Source: Ylistrum balloti (taxonomy: Eukaryota). From it: 64,000 bases of DNA. The DNA lies in NCBI RefSeq assembly GCF_031769215.1, contig NW_026782385.1, positions 186,001 to 250,000 on the forward strand. The letters run 5' to 3'. The position numbers and the translations under genes were made by a program. The notes beneath the pieces were generated by a model. The model did no database searches, was not told where the DNA came from, and was given only the letters and a program-made list of their open reading frames with translations. Of this stretch, positions 53,825-64,000 are shown piece by piece (the stretch's first letter is position 1; every line of letters starts with the position of its first letter).

Positions 53825-54160
53825 NNNNNNNNNNNNNNNNNNNNNNNNNNNNNNNNNNNNNNNNNNNNNNNNNNNNNNNNNNNNNNNNNNNNNNNNNNNN
53901 NNNNNNNNNNNNNNNNNNNNNNNNNNNNNNNNNNNNNNNNNNNNNNNNNNNNNNNNNNNNNNNNNNNNNNNNNNNNNNNNNNNNNNNNNNNNNNNNNNNN
54001 NNNNNNNNNNNNNNNNNNNNNNNNNNNNNNNNNNNNNNNNNNNNNNNNNNNNNNNNNNNNNNNNNNNNNNNNNNNNNNNNNNNNNNNNNNNNNNNNNNNN
54101 NNNNNNNNNNNNNNNNNNNNNNNNNNNNNNNNNNNNNNNNNNNNNNNNNNNNNNNNNNNN
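53825..54160. other. Assembly gap (336 N)
   Basis: Run of n characters; ORFs spanning it are artefacts. Confidence 1.
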
Positions 54161-54199
54161 GCTGTGTGCGTGGATGAGTGTGCGAGTATCAATTTAATG

Positions 54200-54440
54200 A
54201 ATGAAAGAAGTGAGTAAATGTAAGTAAGTTTTGTCAGTTTCGAATATGTTTTCTTGTATTGTACTATGTAATGTGTTTCATGTCGAGGAGAGCAACTAGT
54301 AGCCCCAGGGCTGTTTGTAATCCTCTTTAAACAAATAAAGAATTAAATTAAATTAAATATAGGGAAGAAAGTTAAGAAAATGAAAATTAGTAATCCTAAG
54401 AAATATTGGAAGTTATTAAATAGTTGTAATTGTAAACGAC
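54200..54440 (+). mobile_element. LINE 3' tail remnant ending in (AAATT)n, plus a short ORF2 scrap (KISNPKKYWKLL)
   Basis: GAGGAGAGC...AATCCTCTTT...AATAAAG(AATTA)n. A similar (TAAA)n-terminated tail lies at 53290-53370. Recognised by pattern only. Confidence 0.45.
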
Positions 54441-55412
54441 CCCAGTGAATTTATTCGACATATGTTTTATATTGTTTGTCCTCCATATTTCTATAAGTAC
54501 ATATAACTGTCTCAACTATTGTGAACAAGTAAAATAAATTGAGCCTTTGAAATTCAAAAAAAATTCTGAAAACGAGGGCCCCATTTTCAGTTTGTCTTTA
54601 TCAAAAAAAAAAAAAAAAAAAAGAAAACTGGTTTAATTTGAGTGTATATTATATGTAGAGGGGTGAATCTGAATCATACACATTACAAGCTCTATTCCCA
54701 TCCATCATTGAAAAATAAGTTAATAATTGAAATGTAAGTGACTGGTGGAAGACTCATCCTGTGTTGACAAATGATAACCACTATATGATATTACGTGTGT
54801 TACAGAAAATAGCCTCACCTATCTTTACATCATTTATCGGTATATGTATCTATAAATCGTATATGTGATCTCGTAAAATCCCGTATCTCATCAAACGATG
54901 CATATCGTCTATGTTATTGTGCTGATTCCATTAACAATACGCTGCCACAAGGACTTGTTGAATGCGAGGCATACTGTGATAAAACCTAACTGCTAACACA
55001 CTACAGACCAAGAGGATTGCTAGTCAAATACAGTAGACCGGGTCTTTTCTTGCCGAGATACATTAAACCGAGGTTACTGTTAACGTGAACAAAATAAATT
55101 GGGTCACGTTGGTTTTCGCTTTTAATAGTCGTCTATAGAGTTCGTTGTATTGACTAAAGGGCTTGATCCAGTGTACACCATTTCTACTTTATACCACACA
55201 GGTAATGCCACATAGCTACAGGTAGAGCTATTCTCTTGTTTCCGAGGTTATAGCTCCATGGGCGTAATACGAGACCTAACAGTGGTAATTATCCCCTTGG
55301 TAGTTTTATCAAATCTGTACAGCCAGCCATGGGCGTCCAGAAACAGGCGCAGAATTAAAGGACGAGTGATTTCAGGACATGAATGTAGCATTTAGTATAG
55401 TAGTTTGAGTGA

Positions 55413-56120
55413 TCTGTGACGTGTGTTTTGTGTGATATGTTATCTTTGACGTGTGGTATCTGTGACGTGTGGTATCAGTGACGTGTTATCTGTGACGTGT
55501 GGTATCCGTGACGTGTTATCCATGACGTGTGTTATCTGTGACATGTGTTATATGTGACATGTGTTATCCGTGACGTGTGTTATCTGTGACGTGTGGTATC
55601 CGTGACGTGTGTTATCTGTGACATGTGTTATCTGTGACATATGTTATCTGTGACATGTGTTGTCTGTGACACGTGTTATCTGTGACATGTGTTATCTGTG
55701 ACATGTTTTATTCGTGACGTGTGTTATCTGTGACATCTGTTATCTGTGACATGTGTTATTCGTGACGTGTTATCAATGACATGTTATCTGTGTTATGTGT
55801 ATATTTGTTATGTTATCTATGACGTGTGGTATCCGTAACATGTAGTTTGTGAGGTGTGTTTTCATGACGTGTATTATCCGTGACGTGTATTATCCGTGAC
55901 GTGTATTATCCGTGACGTGTATTATCCGTGACGTGTGTTATCCGTGACGTGTGTTATCCGTGACGTCCTTAAATTTGTGACTAGTGTTTTCCCTGACGAA
56001 CGTAAATATGTGACGTGTTTTACATGTGTCACCCGTGACGTGCGTTAAGTTGTGACACGTGTTTTCCGTGACGTGTGTTTACCCTGACAAATGTTATTCG
56101 TGACGTGTGTTATTTGTGAC
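55413..56120. repeat. Degenerate 16-bp minisatellite (GTGACGTGTGTTATCY)
   Basis: Read directly; roughly 40 degenerate units. Confidence 0.93.
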
Positions 56121-56391
56121 AGGATATCATAACGTTAAAAGAGAAGGATGTTTCCGCTGTATTTACGTCATCAAAGGATGTAGTATGTCATTTGTAAACA
56201 AATGTTGAAAATTTCCTTGCATTGATGTACATAATTCATTACAGCCTGAATGTGGCCAACAACGAAATGGAAAAAAGGTTATCTTTTTCGATGGATTTGG
56301 ATAGGTACACCATAAAAGGTTGAAGTTGACACCGAATCAAGTGACACCAAAAATAGCGATAACTGGATATTGTAGCGGTACACTTAATTAA

Positions 56392-57066
56392 GATTAATGT
56401 AACACCGTCTTTATTGCTGCCGTACACCAGATATGGATTAATGTAACACCGTCTTTATTGCTGCCGTACACCAGATATGGATTAATGTAACACCGTCTTT
56501 ATTGCTGGCGTACACCAGATATGGATTAATGTAACACCGTCTTTATTGCTGCCGTACACCAGATATGGATTAAAAGTAACACCGTCTTTGTTGCTGCCGT
56601 ACACCAGATATGGATTAATGTAACACCGTCTTTATTGCTGCCGTACACCAGATATGGATTAATGTAACACCGTCTTTATTGCTGCCGTACACCAGATATG
56701 GATTAATGTAACACCGTTTTTATTACTGCCGTACACCAGATATGGATTAATGTAACAACGTCTTTATTGCTGCTGTACACCAGATATGGATTAATGTAAC
56801 ACCGTCTTTATTGCTGCCGTACACCAGATATGGATTAATGTAACACAGTCTTTATTGCTGCCGTACACCAGATATGGATTAATATAACACCGTCTTTATT
56901 GCTGCCGTACACCAGATATGGATTAATGTAACACCGTCTTTATTGCTGCCGTACACCAGATATGCATTAATGTAACATCGTTTTAATTGTTGCCGTACAC
57001 CAGATGTGGATTAATGTAACACCGTCTTTAGTGCTGCCTTACGCCAGATTTTGATTCATGTAACCC
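56392..57066. repeat. 44-bp minisatellite, 15 copies plus a partial
   Basis: Unit GATTAATGTAACACCGTCTTTATTGCTGCCGTACACCAGATATG; the 15th unit starts at 57009. Confidence 0.98.
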
Positions 57067-58299
57067 CCCTTTTTTGCTATGGTTTTTGTATACACTAAGT
57101 TTGGTTTATAAGAGCACTGCATTATGTGTACAGTCACAATTTGAACTTGTAAAAACATGTATGCTTATGAATTTGCACTTAGTCTAGATGTGCTGCCTGA
57201 TAACGGAGAATATCCATTTAAAATGCTAAATATTACCAAACAATATACTATATACGTTATGATAGCCAATGTATGTAGTGTAATTATTATTCATGATTTG
57301 TAACCTATATAAATGTCAATAGCACTGAGTATATTATCTCAAATTTATTATGAATACAAAATTCAATTCTTGGATCATGCAATCAATTCTCATGCAAATC
57401 AGTATGATATTTATCGATCAAACTTGCACCTGCATGTAAGTATCTTGTAAAAAAAACTATTTAGTTCATTATTTAAATATTTTAACAACAAGAAAGCTAA
57501 AAGCCTTCACAGTCTCCTGAGTTCTACAAAATATGACTAATTTACCTCTCACAAGGAGGAATTGCAAGAACTTGGAATCATAAAATAGAACACTTTAAAA
57601 CCTTTCCATTCATGGAAATTAAAATTTATATCATGTCTGCAACCCAAACAATTTTTTTTCTTGAAATTTCAGTCATTTTTGAAAAAACTTATTTTTCCCA
57701 AATTTGAATTATCTCCAATTGAGACGCAACAAATCATGCTGAAAAATAATGTTTTCTTATGAACTACAGTTAACGTTATCCCCTCCCCTGGGGACATTTG
57801 AGAGCTGAGGTCATGAACACACATCTTTGGTGAAGCTGCTTAAGACCCTTTGATCCATGAATAGTGTTTGATTCTACCATATCTGGATCTTAAAAATATT
57901 AGTTTTAAGTTAAATTTAAGTCAATTTGACCCCACCCATCCACCCATGGAGACAGCTAGACTCCATATGTGCATGCCGTCAAATTGTTATTTGACACAAA
58001 AGTTTTAGGGGTTTTCAATCGAACTGACAAAAAAAAAAAAGAAAAAAATCGTCTTAGAGAATAAAAACATCAATCCTACAGCCAGCATATTTTCCTTTTA
58101 ACGCAATTTGTAGGATTTGTTAAAATTCAAACAATATCATCTTTGTTTTTAAACATCATTTTAACAAGTACACATTTTTGATGAATTTAAGTCTTCAATT
58201 TTGAGAAATTATCTGTTTCAAGAAAAAGGTTTTTAGATAAGAGAGACAACAGACATTACAGCAGGAAACAGATCTAAACTGAACAAGATTGGTTAGCTT

Positions 58300-59557
58300 G
58301 GTTTAGAATAAAGACTCTGCATGCACCACTGACAGGCAACAGATATGTAATTCCTCTGATAGGAGTTAGTATATCGAAAAGATTTGAAACGAAGCCATGG
58401 TCTGCAGTGGAATGGTTGTAATGAATAATCTCTTCCTAGAATATTTGGATCAGACGCTAACTTCTCCTCCAGTTCACGAAGAAGCATCATGCTTCTTTTT
58501 ACGATCTTTTGCAAGTGGTATCAAAGCTTTACCATACTTGTAAACATTTTCCTTGAATGTGTCTCCGCAGTCATTTCCCACCAGGCGTTTCATTTCACGC
58601 TATGCCTCCTGGTCGTCTTGCAGAGCAGGATAGCTTGATAAAATACCCGCTTTGGATGGACCTGAATTGATAAATGACCTGCGAAAGGAATAAGTCTCTA
58701 CCATCAAATCAGTAACTAATGTTTTGTCTGGTAGCATTTTCATTTCTTCCTGAAGTATTTCAGCCTTTTTTTTTTATAGTTTCCTACGTTTTCATCACAA
58801 ACTGAAAGTGCCCAATTGATACCACGGGCAGTGTAAAGTTGACAATGTGTTGGTTATTCATTTAACGAAGTTTTCCCCTCGGAGTTTCCCTTGGAGATTG
58901 CACCTCTGTTGACTTCTTTCTTTTTGATTTCCTAACAGTTACGTGATGAGCTGAACATTTTCTTCTAAGGTTCCTCAGTTGGTTACGAATAGATTCTTTC
59001 CAACTGTACAATACCAACAGTTTCTCTAAATATAGGTATGTACGAATAATATATATATTCCAGAGTAGAAGTTGTCACCACTTGAATGGAATCATGATTC
59101 AACGACCAATTTGAGTCATTTCTTGACTTAAGTACAATTTGCAAAGTTTGTGAAAAATTCTCTATTGGTACACTATTGCCCCTGCTTACAAGTATTAAAT
59201 TTTACGCCTGATGAACAGCTACTGGTAGAAGCACTCGGACTTAAGTCCAAAGAACTGCTACTACTACACTGAGAAATGTTATCAGCAAAAGAGTCATTGT
59301 CTGATGAAATGGACTTGCTCAAAGGTGTAGAAATCTGCAGACATTTCAGTTTGTCCTTGTGCCTGACAAGTGTTTCCTCCGTTTCATCAAAGTCAACATA
59401 CTGTTCCTAGTCTTGATCATAACTTTGAAGAATAAGTTTTGTAGTTCCTAAATTGAAAGCATCTGCTACTGTCTTGGTCGATATCATCTACTTCATTGAA
59501 TTTCAACACTTCGTTGGATACGCCAAATGAAACTAACACATCAATTGGGGTACCCAT
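58300..59557 (-). pseudogene. Disrupted SAMD3-like (sterile alpha motif domain-containing 3-like, transposon-associated family) gene
   Basis: Acceptor TTTCTTTTCAG then ATG at 59557. Broken frames give ILQSYDQD*EQYVDFDE...KDKLK, SWKESIRNQLRNLRRK and LVTDLMVETYSFRRSFI...YPAL...EMKRL. At least two in-frame stops and several frameshifts. Confidence 0.6.
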
Positions 59558-61544
59558 GTCTGAAAAGAAAAACAAAAAACAAAACAATGATTGACTGCTG
59601 TCACAACAAAATCAACCAATAAGTCAATAATGTTACAGTCCTCCTCACAAGTAGAATTCCAATTTTTTGTATAATGGCATTAGTAATGGAAATCGCAAAT
59701 CTAGTCCGAAATTATACAATTTCTTTATGAAAACAAAACTTCAGTTAGGAATTTTGGTGCTCTATGAATATAAAGAAGTACATGTATTGATCGTATATTT
59801 ATCTATATAAAACAATATTAAACACTTTCGAAGTCTTTTTATCAATATTTCACAGGAAAATATATTTTTTAAATTTTTATTGATTAAGAATCTTTCACCA
59901 TCGTTATAATTAATTTTGCCATAGTTCCTTAATAGTATCTAATATTGTCTCTAACTTAAATAAATGTGAATAGTTCTTAATCATAAAAAATCCAAGGATT
60001 AAAAACTTCCGAATCACCAAAGCGAATATCAACTGTAAGACATCAAGTCGTATTCATAAGATATGATTTTGCAGAAAAAACATTAATAAAATTGAAAATT
60101 TCATGGATACAAACATGTAAACTGAACCGGTTATTACAACAATAATTGTACTTTCGTGACTGGAAACACTTTACTGCACCTCAGATTTTTATTCTGTATC
60201 ATTTCCACTTCAACATCATCAATGTTCTTTTTGTAAAACCGAAATGAATGCAAACAGGTAAAGCAGTGTAGGTGCGTCAATTGTACACTCATGGTAAAAC
60301 TGAGAGGTATGTCCCTTATTAGATATGAATTAAACCTGACGATTTTTACAATCCTATGAAGACTGATCTTACATCAGCTTTCCCTTCACAGCAACCTGTA
60401 TACAAAGAACTTCTTATATATATACATATATCGTAATAAACCCTTCCCCACTCCATTTTTGACCTTCCGTTGTGCACTTCGGGGATATCTGGTAATAAGC
60501 CCATGCTTTACTTTAAGGCCTCAGCAGACCAATCGGAAGTCTGGAGACAAGACTGCTGTCGGTATTGGGTAGACTTTTGTTTGGTTTTGGTTCCCTTCTT
60601 TATTTCACCTAGTTCAAACATAAATGGATAGCAATCATTAAAATGAATAAGCATAGTAAGACAAGGCATAAAATGTATGCACACTACTGTGCCAAGATGG
60701 TGACCAAGATTGGTTGTGTTTAGGCTCTTTACCGTAATAAACACATTCTCAACTTTTGACTTGATTCCATGCTTATTGACATTTCAGGAGAAAAACAACG
60801 TATATATATATATTTATATATATATATCTTGACTTAAGATTTTGGACTGCTAATGTATAAATTTCATTTTAGAAAAGAAACAATTTAAAACTTGGGCTTT
60901 CGAATAACCTGACCAAAGTATGAAATATAAATTACAAGTAATAAAAGTGAAAGTATGTTGTAAACATTTTTCAGATTACTAGTGGTGTTATAACTGGAAA
61001 AGCTATTTACATGTATAAACATTATTCGTTTTGCTAGACGTCAACTGAAACATCTATGTACGGTTTGTGTGTACTTGATATTTCTCCTGATCTGCCCGTC
61101 TTCATCAGTTTTTTTATACCCTGGAAAAATGTGTTTTACCTGGTGTGGAAAATGAATAATTTTCCTTTTCTAAAGGCTTTGAGATTGTGTGTACATTGTC
61201 AGGTTGTAAGCATTCAGTATATGAAAAGCTCTAAATCGTTTCAAACACAATGTCGACTTTGAATTTCTAGATGAATGACACATAGTTCTATTGCTTATCT
61301 GAAAAGCACTGCATGCTTAAGCACGAAATATACAAACTGGTTCTTCTGTGCCGATCGAGTGGATTGACATCTAAAATCTCATCAGACATTATAACTTCAA
61401 CTTAAGCCACTAAAATGATTTTGTATGCACAACACGTAATATCTGATAACTTCGTCAAGGTCAAGCACACAAGCTCATGATATAAACTAGTTAAGCCTGA
61501 GCTGAGCCTAAAAGATTATTTAACAAGTAATATTCCAAATTATT

Positions 61545-61790
61545 AAAGGAAATGCAGTAGAAACAACAGAGCGGCAAACCGTCGTCTCCCCATTAAGGTT
61601 GGCAGATGGAATGATGTTACAAGGAATGGTAGGATATGTAAATTATGTAATGTTGATGAAATCGATGACGAACATCACTGTTTATTAGTGTGTAACCATT
61701 TTTTCCTGATGTTAGACGCCTATATATTGATAGTGTCTATTGTCCTGTTCCAACTATGTATATGGTTGTTAGATTCATAACGACTACAGA
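61545..61790 (+). mobile_element. LINE ORF2 C-terminal remnant
   Basis: RLPIKVGRWNDVTRNGRICKLCNVDEIDDEHHCLLVC matches the C-terminal Cys/His motif of CR1/L2-type ORF2. Confidence 0.7.
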
Positions 61791-64000
61791 TAACAATGTA
61801 GGTGTAAAGCTGTGTGAATTTATAGCTCATAATCTGAAGTTCTGCGCAAACACATAAAATGTTTCAACTGTTGTACAATTCCAAATGCCTTTTGTTTATC
61901 TTATATAACTACCACATGTTATATAAACGATTTGTTGACAACCTCATTTGTCACGTATTACTATTGCCTGAGGTTGAATAAAAAAGACATAAAGGTTGTG
62001 TTGTAAGTAAAGATAGAGATAAGCGTCTGACTTACCAAAATATTCGTGTCTCTGTACAAACAAAGTGCGAAAAAAAATGGTATTGAAAATCAAGACAATA
62101 TCATCATGATTTTGTCCAGATATATCCTTTCTGTTCAAGGCCGATCTCGTTCAGACTTTGTAGGCTTTATAACCTCAATTTTCTTTTCTCCGAACTCACT
62201 TATATTTCACGTGGGATTTATTTTCGCGTAAGTACGAGGGGAGAGCCGATCGCGAAGTCAAATCTCTCGCATTTACTTGTACGAAATTAACTTTAGATGG
62301 CACCCTTGTTGATTTGGTTACTGAAATCAGTGTCTTGTTAGTCTATTTCCGTTATAGCTCATCATTCGCAAATCTAAGTCATTTCTAGATCAGCAATCGC
62401 GAAATTATGTATCCGCGAAAATGTCTGAAAAGGCCGTTAAATTATTTATAACAAGACTGACACTTGGTAAGCTGACTTAAACTGTGCTCAGAGTTCCGTT
62501 TTATATGTTTAAATAAACATTCCAGTAAATGACTTTCATGTATCATTATTTGCTGGTATGCCTTTGTAGTATAATATGGTTAATTAGATTAAATGACTAT
62601 ATGAGGATACCATTGTCTTTATAGTAATATAGTCGAACCTATTTCATAGTGTTAATAAGTTAAGATTCCAGCTATTATTAGTTTTTGAAATGGATTGTGA
62701 CAGATCTGTCTTGTATCGTCATAACATAAAGCTCGGGAAACTAACTTTTCTTTTTCCAATGTATGCAAACGATAACTCAGATGTTACTATAATGAACAGA
62801 CGAAAGACATATTCATTTAGAAATTATCAAAAACTTGCATAACATATTCACGGTAAACTTTGATTAACTAAAGAACGATATGCTTGTTTTAAGTCGACCT
62901 ATTCCGAAATGGAACACAAAACTTTCGCTGTATACGTTGGAAAAAAAATTTTCTGTGTTGATTCACTGACGTGATATACTTGTAAACGTGTCTTGATAAA
63001 ATAAATTATTTTTCGACTGCAAAAGGCCATGTTGTATGTAATTGATAGACCTTAAAGTGTTTTTTAGATAATTTTGTAAAACGAAATGTTTTCATGAATA
63101 AAACGTATTTAAAGATAAAAGGAGATCCCGTCGCTCTCCGCTCTTTTCTGGCATTATATCAAAAACATGTGCATCGTTTCAATAGGCCTACCTGTACCAT
63201 GAGAAAGCCGCATAATTTTTTATATACATTTCACTCTAACAATATGCATAATTCATGTTACTGATGAATCTTGTAAGAGTAGGTAACTTACAAGTATCTA
63301 TGTCAATTGCTTTTTACATTAGGACTACACCAGTGGAGTGAAAAAGGGAACAGCAGTTTAATAAGATCTTTATGTAGATATGCTTCATCTATTCGGGCCA
63401 TATTGAGATCGAATGCCATCGTGCGCAAATAGATAATGCATGCATGCATGATATTTCGCCCACCGTCTTTTACCCTTAAGATTTGGTAAGCGGTGATTTG
63501 ATTGGTTTATGAAAAAGTTCACTAAAAACATGACCCCTTAATGGATGTTGTCAAATCCTAATGCGGAGAATAAGAAAAACGAGAATTAGGATATGCTTTT
63601 CAATCAGATTGGTTACACTTATTCGGAATACGCTCTGTTCATTTCAGCAATAACGTAATTTGTTGAACATGTCACTTCACGTGATGCTGTAACATTGAAA
63701 TGACGAAAAAAAAAATCAAAACAAGATTAAATTACAAAAAATCCCACTCACTTTGTAAATCGTCGCGTGTTTTCACGACCGGCGGTTCAGAATCCCGGAT
63801 ATCTGAAACATAAAAGTCACTGGGGCATGGATTTTATGCAGGGTATTGTGTACATGCACGTTTGTTTGCTGTTCATTAAAATTTCGGCTGGGATTACAAT
63901 TACATTATTTCATTTGGCTTATTTTATGTTGATTTTATTATTTACATAAACATTTCATTCTGTTTGGCTTATAAAAACACAAACCTGTCATGGCGTAATC

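Noticed and set aside
53778-54197. ORFs spanning X residues
   Set aside because: Artefacts of the N gap.
62200-62450. TTTTCGCG / CGCGAAAA motif clusters (also about 41610-41680) as a MITE
   Set aside because: Resemble common invertebrate MITE internal words, but paired termini and TSDs could not be defined.

Overview
AT-rich, intron-containing animal genomic DNA. The repeat landscape suggests a bivalve or other mollusc, but that is inference. No prokaryotic features, rRNA, tRNA or CRISPR array are supported. Two spliced genes can be reconstructed by hand. (1) Five coding exons of an M1AP (meiosis 1 associated protein) homolog lie on the minus strand (ATG 18073, exons down to 2403), and the gene continues off the left edge. 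(2) A complete six-coding-exon, 303-aa cytosolic PAPS-dependent sulfotransferase lies on the plus strand (8484-13030), entirely inside the 10.6-kb third intron of M1AP. A full-length, decayed Tc1 element with both TIRs and TA target sites sits in the sulfotransferase's third coding intron. The rest is mostly TE debris: a MULE/FLYWCH fragment, CR1/L2-group LINEs (one with a 2A-like DVETNPGP motif), an L1/Tx1-like LINE, an RTE 3' end and a SAMD3-like pseudogene. There are also tandem arrays with 63, 31, 37, 22, 29, 16 and 44 bp units, a 59-bp inverted repeat, a probable first coding exon of a type II membrane protein at 51547, and a 336-N gap. Homology calls come from motif recognition, not database searches.
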